Position numbers and translations under genes: made by a program. Source: Nemertoderma westbladi (taxonomy: Eukaryota > Animalia > Xenacoelomorpha). From it: DNA of 64,000 bases. Positions within the stretch are counted from its first letter, which is position 1, and each line of letters opens with the position of its first letter. The notes below the pieces were generated by a model. That model was not told the DNA's origin. It worked only from the letters and a program-made list of their open reading frames with translations, and ran no database searches. The stretch spans positions 1-64,000 of the forward strand of contig JAUCBJ010000407.1 in assembly GCA_032718475.1 (NCBI GenBank), written 5' to 3'. Shown here in pieces: positions 26,463-39,401 of the stretch.

Positions 26463-26683
26463 ATATTATTTCTAATTTTTTCCTTCATTCAAAATCGATC
26501 TACTCCGTCATTTATTAATCAATTCGTTTGAAATTTTCAGTGAATGGTCTTGACATTAACCAATAAAACTTGTAGACAGAATTTTGAAATTTCGAGCGTA
26601 AGTTATGTTTTGAGCCGATAATCTGAAAATATCGGCCAAAAATAAAACACATTTAGTTAACATTTTTTCATTTTTTTAGTTAA

Positions 26684-28046
26684 GGGCACGTGTTTGTGGT
26701 CAAAATTTAAAAAAATCAAAAATTTTTCTTAAGGATTCTGTATCAAAATGTAATGGCTATTTCAAAACTGAACGGCATAGCGAGATCTATTTTAGTTCTC
26801 GAGTTATAGCTGTCTGTTTGTCTGTCAGTCGGTCAGTCTGACAAAATTTAAGAAACACGTGCAATGTACAATTTTGCCATACTGTAGGAATTTTCCTGTT
26901 TAGTTTCACATTTATAATGTCAGTCTCAACGTTTATGTATTCTAGATTGTCTGTCATTCTGCCTGCCTGCTTGTCTGTCTATCTGTCTGCCTGTCTGTCT
27001 TTCTGTTTGTTGGCCTGTCTGTCAGTCAAAAAGTAATGAATGAAATACACAACTGAAAATATTGTTGTAGAGGTTTTCCCGGTCTATGATTCCATTTCTT
27101 ATGTCCGTTTTAACGGTTAAAGGATTCTAGATGGTCTATTAGGTTGTCTGTCTGTCTATTATATTTTTACGGACAGACCGACATGAATACAGACCCAACA
27201 CAAAGCCCTTATATTTAAATATTGACATCAGAAATGGAATCACCGACCAGGAAAACCCCTTTAAATCAATTTTTAGCAATGTCGTGTCCTTTCCTAAATT
27301 TCGACTGACAGACGGACAGATTGTCTGATAAACAGACAGACTGACAGTTAGACAGTCTGGGATTCTTCAAACGTCCAAACTAACTTCGGTGCTGAAATCA
27401 CCGACCTGGAAAACCCTCATAACCTAAATTTCATTTCGGTAGTGTGTTATTGACTGACAGACAGACAGATTGTCCGACAAACAGACAGACTGGAATTCAT
27501 CAAACGTCAAAACTGACATCGGAAATGCAATCACCACCCCAGAAAACCCCCATATCGAAAATTTTAGTTTTGAGGGATTCTTCCTTATTTTTTCAATACA
27601 ATTTGAATTATCCCTCCATTTAACATAAAATGGCGGTAAGGTTTGAAAACTTTAAATGGCTTTATCTCAGAATTTTATTTTTCGATTTCATTTTTCACTC
27701 ATGTACCTGTTTCTCTGGAACTACTGGACCAAATTGCATGAAATTTTTAGTATATGTTCTTATACTAATCCTTTATAGGTGATAGCACATTTAGACATAT
27801 GGGCTGGAAATTTAAAAAGACACATAACAAAAAACGGCCAAAATACGTGTTTTTTTTCACTTTTTGCAAATAAAATTTTTCACTTTGAAAATTTCTGGTG
27901 ATCACAATAATTTTTTTTATTTATTCTGCTACCACGTCTGAGTCACATGCAAAATTAATTCCCCTCCAAATTTCAAGTCATTCTGTTGAATCAATTCCTC
28001 AGAAGAGGTACATAAGCTTAATAGTCGTATGGACAAACACGTGCCC
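26684..28046. mobile_element. Kolobok-like non-autonomous DNA transposon (GG termini, TTAA TSD)
   Basis: TIR GGGCACGTGTTTGT; TTAA at 26680-26683 and 28047-28050; empty site TAGTTAACATTAG in copy 2 (about 34516-34528). Confidence 0.85.
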
Positions 28047-30470
28047 TTAACATTAGTCTTCTGATTAACAGCCAATATGTGAGTGAATATGTCAAGACCA
28101 TTCACTGAAAATTTCAAACGAATTCATTAAAAAATGACGGTGTAGATAGATTTTGAGTGAAGGAAAAAATGAGAAATAATATTCTGAGTTAAATGCATGT
28201 AAAGTTTAAAACCTTCCCGCGCGAATTGGTTAGTCTCTATGTGACCAATTTCTAAACAAGTATAAAAATTTAGAAATCGCTATTTTCATTTATAAATTTC
28301 CCTAACATATTTAGAAAAAACCCTAAACCCTGGGGGGGGGGGGGGGGGGGGGGCAGGGACCTGAATGACGACACTATATTCCAGAACATGGTTCACGTAG
28401 AGCCTATCTCACCTATACAAAAACCAATGTCCCCAGATGTGCGTAAAGGACAGTATTTTCAATGGTATGTTTTTGATAATATATTAAATATTCTTAACAT
28501 TCATTGCAACTAAACGTAGTACCTAATATAATACTCCCAGCACTAATAAAACTAATGTCCCCAGATATGCGCAAGGGACAGTATTTAGAACGGTGTGTTT
28601 TCGTCAATATATAAAAATATTTCTTAATGTCCATTGCAACTACATACCGTATGGTCTGCAGAAAAACAATACAAAAACTAATGTCCCCAGATGTGCGCAA
28701 GGGACAGTATTTAGAACGGTGTGTTCTCGTTAATTTATTATATATTCTTAGCGCCTATTGCTCTTACAATACGTACAGTACTGTAGAAGGGTCCAAATAA
28801 TTTTAAGGCATAAAATTCATAATTAATACAGTATAATTGAATGATAAGAGTTATATCATTAATTGCTGTGCGCCACTCTATTTGTATTTATATACAACCT
28901 AAAAATAATTAGTCTTACCGCAGAAAAAAATAATATTTTGAGCAGTGATGGTAGTATTACGGTTTATTTCTTGAGACTGCAAGTATTTTCAAAACAAATT
29001 GATACATGCTAACTTGTATGCATTGCTTTACAGGCGGGATTGTTCAGCGCTATCGTTATAGACTAAGTGAAAACCCATTGTTATAGTAACTGAGTAAACT
29101 AAGGAAACTTGTACCACAAATAGTCCTTAGGTAACTAATAGGGAAATATTAACTTTTACAATAATTATTCACGAGTGTATAAAAACAATAAAAGAACATT
29201 ATCTCTATGGACTGACCTGGCCAAGTAATCCAATTACTATAATCATATCCACGAAGTTGCATAAAAACAAAGCATTTCAGTTTCCTTTCCCATATACTGT
29301 ATGTGTTACACCAGTTGTGGAATGTGGACATTAATTTCCGTATGTGTCTTGACCCCAGTTGGGGTTTGTGGACATCACTAAACACACTCAGGCACAACAC
29401 ACATAACTATGACGTCACCAAAAGCAATGTCCGCACAGTGAATGTAAAAAAATGATTTTTGAAATATTGGAAAAATTTTAAATTTTGAAAAGCAAACATT
29501 TCCCATTACTTATTAGGAAGCTAATTTGAAAATTTGAAGGATTTTCATTGGATAGTTCTCTAGATATTTAATAAATAAGTACGTCCACAGATCCCTTGGT
29601 TGTGAGCTTGTCCACAGAATCCATAGTTAACCCGTATAGGTGGCCGTTTTTCAAAAGTCTGTGTGTGTGTGGGGGGGTGTGCACTGGTTAACGCTACATA
29701 CTGTGGACGTAAGTGCCATACAATACCCACGTTCTGGGGACGTTTCGCGAACTGGGGACGTCCCCAGAACGTTCTGACTGGAAATTCGAAATCTCCATTG
29801 CCAAATTAGTCTAAATATAAAATGTCACCGTATTTAGGCTCAGTCCCCACTTGGTTTGTGTTAAGCCGCACTCGTATGTGTTCGGTGTGTATGGGGTGTA
29901 AATATTGATGTCCCAACTATAACAGTGATAAGTATACACACATTATCTACGTCATTTTCTGACGTCACAATGTCCCCAGTGAGCTTATTTTTTAATGACC
30001 CCGGTTTGTGGTTGAAATTAAGTATATTATGAGTTATGTTCAATTATTTATGGATTAGTTAGTCAGGTCTGTCTTTGAGACAATGCAGCTCAGGCAATCC
30101 CTAGATAATGTTTTTTTATTGTTTTTATACACTCGTGAATAATTGTAAAAGTTAATATTTCCTTATGAGTTACCTAAGCACCCCTTGTGGTTCAACTTTC
30201 CTCAGTTACTATAACAATGGATTTTCACTTAGTCGATAGTGCTAAACAATCCCGCATGCACTATGCATACAAGCATGTAGAAATTTTTTAAAAAATATAT
30301 GGACAAAATATAAAAATATACGGCCACTGCTACTTTTTTTCTGCGGGGGCACTAATTAAATTTATGTTTAAACAAACAAGGTGGAGGGAGCACAACGATA
30401 TATGATATAACTCTTATCATTCAAATTACATTCACCTCATTCAATTATATTAATTATATCATTAATTTTA

Positions 30471-33037
30471 ATTATGTTGCTACAGTCCAACCAATGCATC
30501 TGAGCCAGAACAAGCAGTCAAGTTTTATGAAGAACTGACTGGACTTATTAAGGACATCCCGAAACACAATGTTAAAGTCATTGCTGGTGACCTGAATGCG
30601 CAAATTGGCCCAGAAGACATCAACGGTTACACCTATAACACCAGTTCTAACAGAAATGGGTACTTACTCTTAGACCTAATGGAAGAATGTGAATTGATAC
30701 CAACAAACAACACATTCGAAAAGAGTAAGGGGAAGCTATGGACCTTTCAATACCCTAATGGAACCAAAGCACAACTGGATTACATCCTTATAAACAAAAA
30801 GTGGAGAAATAGCATGATCAACTGCGAGGCATACAGCTCGTTCAACCTAATTGGTTCGGACCACAGAATTGTGACTGCAGAGATCAGTCTCAGTTTGAGA
30901 GCCTTCAAACCCAGGATAAGCAAGCAAATCAACTATGACTGGGAGAAACTCAGAACTGACAATGCTGTAAAGGATGCTTATACAGTAGAAGTTCAAAACC
31001 GCTTTGAAGCACTTCAGTCAATGGATGAAGACCAATCCACCGATTCAATATACCAGAATATAATAACAGCCCACAAGGAATCAGCTAAGAGGCATATCCC
31101 CCAGAAACCTAAACGAAAACAGTATGTGCCATGGCAAAACTCTGAGGTTACTTGTAAGAGAGAAGATCTTAAGATAGCCTACAAAGTTAAAACCGAACAA
31201 CCAACAACTGAAAACATTAACAAGGTTGAGAAAGCTAAGGACGATCTTAAATTGGCCTACAACATCAGCCAGGAAAAGTACATACAGGATAAAACTGAAG
31301 CAATTACAACTGCTCACATACAGCAACAATCAAGACTTACCTGGCAAACTGTAAATGAGGTATCTGGTCGGAAAAGTTGTGCAAAGGGGCGCCTCAAAGC
31401 CGATAGTCCTGAAGAACGTGTTGGGAAGTGGAAAAGTCACTTCAGCAACTTGCTTGGGCAGCCACCAAACATCGAGGTCAGCCCTACAAGGAAAATATAT
31501 GACAAGACACTACCTATAGAAACAGGGGACTTCACACCTGCCGAACTCCAAAGAAGCATTAAAAGCATGTCCAATAATAAAGCGAGTGGATTAGATGAAA
31601 TCCCAGCGGAGGTATGGAAAACCGGAGTGCTAAATAGACCATTATTGAATGTTTGCAACCGGATGTTAAAAGGGGAAAAGCCACCACCAATTTGGACTAA
31701 AGGTCAACTAAAGCCTCTCCCCAAGAAAGGAGACCTCGGCATACCAACAAACTATCGTGGGATCTGTCTGCTTGTGGTAGCTGCCAAAATATACAATAAA
31801 ATGATTCTATATAGGATTAGGCCTCACATAGAGAAACTACTACGTAAGAGCCAAAACGGATTTCGACCAAGTAGATCAACAATAGCTCAGATACTTGCAC
31901 TACGGAGACTGATTGAAGGAATTAAGTCAAAGAATCTCCCCGCAGTCATGACTTTTGTGGACTTCAAGAAGGCATTCGACTCCATCCATAGAGGTAAAAT
32001 GCTTGAAATCATAAGAGCTTATGGAATACCAGAAGTAATTGTTGCTGGCATTGGATTGCTATATTGTGACACAGAAGCGAAGGTACTCTCACCAGATGGT
32101 GAAACTGAGTTTTTCTCAATCCTGGCTGGCGTACTGCATGGTGACACATTAGCACCATTACTATTTGTAATTGTGCTGGATTACGCAATGAGGACGGCCA
32201 CAAAGGGTGAAGATCTGGGATTCACACTTCAATAACGCAGAAGTAGTAGATATCCGGCAACTACAGTCACAGACACCGACTTTGCGGATGACATCGCCCT
32301 GCTCTCTAATACGCTAGCAGATGCACAGCTTCTACTAAATAAAGTGGAGAGGGCTGCTAAGGAGGTTGGATTGCATATAAATGCTACCAAGACCGAATTC
32401 ATGACCTTTAATGTTGATGGAAACTTGACAACCATTGATAATAATCAACTAAGGCAGGTCGATGACTTCCAGTACCTTGGATCATGGATATGAGAGTAGC
32501 AAAAAGGACATAGAAGTTAGAAAAGCAAAGGCTTGGGTAGCTCTATCAAAAATGGATACCATCTGGAAATCAGATCTCTCCAGGCACCTGAAGACCAAGT
32601 TCTTTCGAGCCACAGTGGAAAGTGTATTTTTATGCGGGGGTGAGACCTGGACACTGACTAAATCACTTGAACAACGAATTGATGGTTGCTACACAAGACT
32701 ACTAAGGGCAGCCCTAAACATCAGCTGGAGACAACACATGACAAACGCCGAGCTTTATGGTACAATACCACCTGTATCAACCACCCTCCGTGAACGCAGA
32801 TTAAGATTCAGTGGGCACTGCTGGCGAAGTAAAGACGAGGTCATACCAGATCTACTTCTCTGGCAACCAACTCATGGAAAGCGTAGTCGTGGACGACCTG
32901 CCATAACATATATAGATCAACTTGAAAGGGATACTGAACTTGGGAGAAACGAAATTGCGACAACTATGGAGAATCGGGAAGCCTGGAAGGATCTCATTTC
33001 CACTGTCCGAGTTCGCTCGACCTAGTAGTAGTAGTAG
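30471..33037 (+). mobile_element. RTE-clade non-LTR retrotransposon (AP endonuclease + reverse transcriptase), 5'-truncated and inactivated
   Basis: APE motifs CYSPT, GDLNA, LDYIL, SDH; RT motifs PKKGD, QNGFR, FVDFKKAFDS, HGDTLAP, FADD. Stop at 32233-32235 and a frameshift near 32491. (TAG)n tail; 14-bp TSD TATCATTAATTTTA (30457-30470, 33038-33051); empty site in copy 1 near 22840. Confidence 0.95.
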
Positions 33038-33507
33038 TATCATTAATTTTATACCTTTAGTTTTTTAGACCCTTCTACGTAGGCCTACTGTAGTGGAAAT
33101 AGACATTATAATAATTTAACGAAAACACATCCATTCTAAATAGTGTACTGTCCCTTGCGCACATCTGGGGACATTAGTTTTTTAGTGTTGAGGGTATTAT
33201 ATTATGCCCTACGTTCTACTTATGTAGGTAGTTGCAATGGACGTTAAGAATATATAATAATATTAATAAATTAACGAAAACACACTGTTCTAAATACTGT
33301 CCCTTGCGCACATCTGGGGACATTAGTTTTTGTATTGTTTTTCTGCAGCCAATACGTTATGTAGTTTCAATGGACATTAAGAAAATTTTTTATATATTGA
33401 CGAAAACACACCATTCTAAATACTGTCCCTTGCGCACATCTGGGGACATTAGTTTTTGTAGTGCTGGGAGTATTATAATAGGCCCTACGTATAGTTGCAA
33501 TGAATGT

Positions 33508-34301
33508 TACTACTACTACTACTACTAGGTCGGGCGAACTCGGACAGTGGAAATGAGATCCTTCCAGGATTCCCGATTCTCCAACTACTACTAGGTCGAG
33601 TGAACTCGGACAGTGGAAATGAGATCCTTCCAGGCTTCCCGATTCTCCATAGTTGTCCCAATTTCGTTTCTCCCAAGTTCAGTATCCCTTTCAAGTTGAT
33701 CTATATATGTTTAGGCCGGTCGCCCACGACTACGCTTTCCATGAGTTGGTTGCCAGAAAAGTAGATCTGGTATGACCTCGTCTTTACTTCGCCAGCAGTA
33801 CCACGGAGGGTGGTTGATACATTTGGTATTGTACCATACAGCTCGGCGTTTTTCATGTGTTGTCTCCAGCTGATATTTAGGGCTGCCCTTAGTAGACTTG
33901 TGTAGCAACCATCAATTTGTTGTTCAAGTGATTTAGTCAGTGTTCAGGTCTCACCCCCGTATAAAAATACACTTTCCACTGTGGCTCGAAAGAACTTAGT
34001 CTACAGGTGCCTGGAGAGATCTGATTTCCAGATGGTATCCATTTTTGATAGAGCAACCCAAGCCTTTGCTTTCCTATCTTCTATGTCCTTTTTGCTACTC
34101 TCTATCCATGATCCAAGGTACTGGAAGTCATCGACCTTCCTTAGTTGATTATTATCAATGGTTGTCAAGTTTCCATCAACATTAAAGGTCATGAATTCGG
34201 TCTTGCTAGCATTTATATGCAATCCAACCTCCTTAGCAGCCCTCTCCACTTTATTTAGTAGAAACTGTGCATCTGTTAGCGTATTAGAGAGCAGGGCGAT
34301 G
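33508..34301 (-). pseudogene. 5'-truncated RTE LINE 3' fragment, antisense inside copy 2 (same insertion as 25712-26462)
   Basis: Same junctions as in copy 1 (GAATGTTAC-tail; GAGCAGGGCGATG-ATATTATTT); extra duplication of the 3' end at about 33510-33650. Confidence 0.92.
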
Positions 34302-34535
34302 ATATTATTTCTCATTTTTTCCTTCATTCAAAATCGTTCTACTCCGTCATTTAATAATCAATTCGTTTGAAATTTTCAGTGAATGGTCTTGACATTAACC
34401 AATAAAACTTGTAGACAGAATTTTGAAATTTCGAGCGTAAGTTATGTTTTGAGCCAATAATCTGAAAATATCGGCCGAAAATAAAACACATTTAGTTAAT
34501 ATTTTTTCATTTTTTTAGTTAACATTAGTCTTCTG

Positions 34536-35524
34536 GGGCGGTATTCATAGAGTTAGTATTAGTTACAGCTACTTAGTGACAGCTTTTAGTAAGTGCTGCA
34601 ACTATATTTAGTAAGAGCTACCTGTTCCTAAAAACAACTGATTTTAATAAGAGCATTGACTTAACTTAGTTTCAACTAGCCCTTAAAAAAAAATCAGTAC
34701 AGTATTCATAAACTGTTACTAAACTTAGTTCTAGCCTATTTTTTAGCAGTGCCGGTACTTTAACTTATGTTTATCAAAAAGCTTTCAGTTTCAACTTAAG
34801 GTCGGTAGCTATGCCCTGCATGTCTCTCTATGTTTACTGTTTTACTTGAACTGGTAGTCTACATTAAAACCCATTAATTTTATTGGTCACTAAAACAATT
34901 CCTGTTTTCCAGTAAATTTTTTTCGTTATCAAATAGATATTTCCTCCACTCAATTTAATTATCACTAAAATATATTTTCATCAAAAATAAATCTGTTACG
35001 GCCTGTTGTAATAAAATCCCTTCATTATTAGTGGTACTGTAACATGCCCTTTCCCACATTTTAGCAATAATTTATATTTAATAGATTTAATGTTAATTAA
35101 TAGATTTTAGTGGAAACTGAATATTTTAGTGATTTCCTGTTAAAATTATGTCCTTACATTTGACAGTTTCTCTGCAACAACACATTTGCAATGAACACAG
35201 AAAGCTAGAAAAACAAGAGAGAGTATAATGAGGACAGAGTCATCAGTAACATAACAACCATACTGTATGTATGAAGGCCAATATGCAATAAGTAAGCGGT
35301 CTTACCAACTTAGTCACATCTTCATGTGACTAGAAATTAAGTTACAGCTAATACTAACTTAAGTAAGACTAAATTCTATGAATACGAGTTTAGCAACAAC
35401 TAGTACTAAATACGTTAGTAATAAGTCGCACCAACTTCTCTGAATACCGAATTAGTACAAGCACTTACTAACTTGATGTGACTAGGACTAAGTTCCTAGT
35501 TAGTCACATTTATGAATACCGCCC
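34536..35524. mobile_element. PIF/Harbinger-like non-autonomous element (CWG TSD)
   Basis: TIR GGGCGGTATTCATA; CTG at 34533-34535 and 35525-35527; empty site TCTTCTGATT in copy 1 (about 28057-28066). Confidence 0.85.
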
Positions 35525-36942
35525 CTGATCAATGGCCAATATGTGAATATGTCAAGACCATTCACTGAAAATTTCAAACGAATTCATTAAAAAATGACGG
35601 TGTAGATAGGGTTTGAGTGAAGGAGAAAATGAGAAATAATATTCTGAGTTAAATGCATGTAAAGTTTAAAACCTTCCCGCGCGAATTGGTTAGTCTCTAT
35701 GTGACCAATTTCTAAACAAGTATAAAAATTTATAAATCGCTATTTTCATTTATAAATTTCCCTAACATATTTAGAAAAAACCCTGGGGGGGGGGGGGGGG
35801 GGGGCAGGGACCTGAATGACGACACTATATTCCAGGACATGGTTCACGTAGAGCCTATCTCACCTATACAAAAACCAATGTCCCCAGATGTGCGTAAAGG
35901 ACAGTATGTTTTTGCTAATATATTAAATATTCTTAACATTCATTGCAACTATACGTAGGGCCTATTATATTACTCCCAGCACTAAATAAACTAATGTCCC
36001 CAGATATGCGCAAGGGACAGTATTTAGAACGGTGTGTTTTCGTCAATATATAAAAAATTTTCTTAATGTCCATTGCAACTACATAACGTATTGGCTGCAG
36101 AAAAACAATACAAAAACTAATGTCCCCAGATGTGCGCAAGGGACAGTATTTAGAACGGTGTGTTCTCGTTAATTTATTATATAAGACATATTCTTAGCGT
36201 CTATTGCTCTTACAATACGTACTGTAGAAGGGTCCAAATAATTTTAAAGCATAAAATTCATAATTAATATAATTGAATGATAAGAGTTATATCATTAATT
36301 GTTGTGCACCACTCTATTTGTATTTATATACAACCTAAAATTAATTAGTCTTCCCGTAGAAAAAAAGAATATTTTGAGCAGTGATGGCAGTATTACGGTT
36401 TATTGCTTGAAACTGCAAGTATTTTCAAAACAAATTGCTACATGCTAACTTGTACGCATTGATACAGGGGGAATTGTTCAGCGCTATCGCTATCGACTAA
36501 GTAAAAACCCATTGTTATAGTAAATGAGTAAACTATGGAAACTTGTACCACAAGTAGTCCTTAGGTAACTAATAGGGAAATATTAACTTTTACAATAATT
36601 ATTCACGAGTGTAAAAGAACACTATCTCTTTGTACTGTACTGACCTGGCCAAGTATTCCAATTACTAGAATCATATCCATGAAGTTGCATAAAAACAAAG
36701 CATTTCAGTTTCCTTTCCCATATACTGTATGTGTTCACACTAGTTGTGGACTGTGGACATTAATTTTCGTATGTGTCTTGACCCCAGTTGGGGTTTGTGG
36801 ACATCACTAAACACACTCAGGCACAACACACATAATTATGACGTCACCAAAAGCAATGTCCGCACAGTGAATGTAAAAAAATGATTTTTGAAATATTGGA
36901 AAAATTTTAAATTTTGAAAAGCAAACATTTCCCATTACTTAT

Positions 36943-37330
36943 GGGGCTTAAGGGGCCTCGCGTGTGTTTTGGGGGGTGTCCGGCGGCGCCTTCAATTCGC
37001 CCTCCTCCGGTCCAGTTCCCTCTGCCTCCGTGGCGGACGACGATCATGGCGCGGTTTGGGGTTCGGGGATGGTGCGGGTCTGCGAGGTCACGACATCCCC
37101 GCGCAGTATTGACCGGCTGCTTCGGCACTTCATCAATAGCTCATCGGCTCATAAGTTCAACAAACAACTGGACGCGCTCTACACAACTGTATAAATAAAT
37201 AAATATTACCATTACTCTATAAATATTAACAAAACATCAATTTGCAATATTTATTGTTAACTATTATTGGTATTGGCATTGCAATAATATTATATAATAA
37301 TGAAATATAACTCAATAAAAGTAATATATA
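36943..37330 (+). mobile_element. Unclassified 388-bp insertion with 7-bp TSD, probably a retroposed fragment
   Basis: TACTTAT at 36936-36942 and 37331-37337; absent from copy 1 (about 29507); GC-rich 5' part, AT-rich 3' part with AATAAA; no TIRs. Confidence 0.7.
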
Positions 37331-38129
37331 TACTTATTAGGAAGCTAATTTGAAAATTTGAAGGATTTTCATTGGATAGTTCTCTAGATATTTAATAAAT
37401 AAGTACGTCCACAGATCCCTTGGTTGTGAGCTTGTCCACAGAATCCATAGTTAACCCGTATGTGGGTGTGTGTGTGTGTGTGTCGGAAGCCATAAATGTC
37501 GGAAGCCATAATCTAAATTAATATCTTCAGCTAAATTGTATGGTTGAGTCATTTTGAACGATCTCTCCATGGAAATTAATTGTTTAGCACCATACGATTA
37601 AAGTTATTTTGCACAGAAATTAGATATCTGGAATCCATGTACCCCATCCCATTATAGTTTTTTATTTTTTCAAGTGATTTGCGTTAATAAATGTATTTTT
37701 AATTGATTTAAACATAATTAACATTGTAAATTCATACGCTGATTCCATTCTCCCCCATAGAGCCTAAGGCATGGCAAGGGCAGCCGTGCCCAATAATATT
37801 TCTTGAAGTTTTACATTACTGCAAGCTAAAGTCTTTGACCAAGCCAGTGCCTAGCCTAGTACACAAGGACATAGTAGTCCAGTAGAAGGAATAGTGCTCC
37901 TTCAATACATCTCAACAGACATCAATTCATTTGCCTGTGCCTACCAACGCGTGCTCCATAACATAACATATATTCTTGATTTCCATCACCACTCACCACA
38001 ATTATTATTAATAATTAAAAGTTTCAATTCGGTTTGTCTTTCTGTTATCTGGTTATTCAGTTATTGCATTATTAATAAATAAATGTTTTAAAATATATCT
38101 TACGAAATATGGTTAAAACTTAAAACTTG

Positions 38130-38680
38130 TCGCTAACATTCTCGCTATGGGGGTTTTAAGGAGTGCTGATTACATTTCTGATGTCAGTTTTCACGTTTAC
38201 ATAAATCTAGTCTGTCTGTCTGTCGGTCATTCTGTCAGTCAGTCTGTCAAAACTTAAAAGATAATTCAAATTAACTAACATTCTCGCTATGGGGGTTTTA
38301 AGGGGTGCTGATTTCATTTCTGATGTCAGTTTTCAGGTTTACATAAATCTAGTCTGTCTGTTTGTCGGTCTTTCTGTCAGTCAGTCAGTCTGTCAAAACT
38401 TAAAAAAGAATACAAACTAACTAAAATTCTCGTTATGGGGGTTTTAATGGGTGCTGATTTTATTGTAGATGTCAGTTTTCACGTTTAAAAAAATCTAGTC
38501 TGTCTGGCTGTCGGTCTTTCTGTCAGTCAGTCTGTGAAAACTTAAGAAAGTATACTACAGTAACTAACCAACATTCTCGCTATGGGGGTTTTAAGGGTTG
38601 CTGATTTCATTTCTGATGTCAGTTTACACGTTTACAAAAATCTAGTCTGTCTGTCTGTCGGTCTCTCTGTCAGTCTGTAC
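38130..38680. repeat. ~145-bp tandem repeat (4 units) with (TCTG)n tracts, probably Helitron/Helentron-associated
   Basis: TTCTCG(C/T)TATGGGGGTTTTAA...GATGTCAGTTT...AATCTAGTCTGTCTG four times. Confidence 0.7.
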
Positions 38681-39401
38681 TACTGTACTGTGGTTGGCAT
38701 TACGCCATATACCTAACACTAATAATACAGTCTACAATGCAGCCTATCTACTGTACGGAATGGATTTTTTGCCACGAAGACCAATAAATGTCATTAATAC
38801 TATCCACCAGTATACCTACTCCAAGAGCCTTCCAATAAAACATGTATTCCAGCATGACGTCCACTGCACGTCTTCGTGCTGTCCATGGTGACGTGCAGTG
38901 GACGTCATTAGGCTCTACGGGGTTAAGCAACACGGTCCCTACTTCGCCCTGTCGACACCCCAGCCATTTTCCACCAATCCTTTTTTAGAGTTTTTTAATT
39001 TTTTTTGAATTGGTGAAAGTTCTACAACATTAGTAGATATGTTTTTTATGATAGCTAGTGTTTTTTTGCTAGCTAGTATTTTTTGAAATTATAAAAAATG
39101 TGAAAGTCCATGATATTTCAGGTTAAACTGTTGAAGAATATATTAATGACCAAAATAATTTCCAAAAATTACTAGCTAGTAAAAAATACTAGCTATATAC
39201 CATAAAAAATCTACTAAGTTTCTAGAACATTCACTAATATAAAAAAGCACTCAAAATCACAAAAAAATAAAGGTTAAAAAACTCATTCGGGACCCTTTTG
39301 CTTAAGGAGTCAAAATTGTAGAACAAATTCCCGAAGTTTGCTTACACACTTAACACACACGAACTAATTCAATGTATGTATTAGTATGCCTGAATAATTA
39401 A

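Larger units (their letters stand above)
22073..29636 (+). mobile_element. Large foldback non-autonomous DNA transposon, Chapaev/CMC-like, copy 1
   Basis: Termini CACTGGTTAAC...GTTAACCCGTA; flanks TATG / TAGG (3 of 4 match); diverged inverted arms (e.g. 22500-22570 vs 29125-29200; 26463-26556 vs 28088-28182); colinear with copy 2. Confidence 0.8.
29682..37460 (+). mobile_element. Large foldback non-autonomous DNA transposon, Chapaev/CMC-like, copy 2
   Basis: Same termini as copy 1; perfect 4-bp TSD TGTG (29678-29681 and 37461-37464). Confidence 0.85.

Noticed and set aside
32233-32495. Programmed readthrough or frameshift in the RTE ORF
   Set aside because: The antisense paralogues lack the extra base near 32491 and the copy is 5'-truncated, so ordinary decay is the simpler explanation.
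22073-37460. Simple tandem duplication or assembly artefact
   Set aside because: The copies have different flanking TSD-like sequences, a unique 45-bp spacer, many substitutions and different nested insertions.
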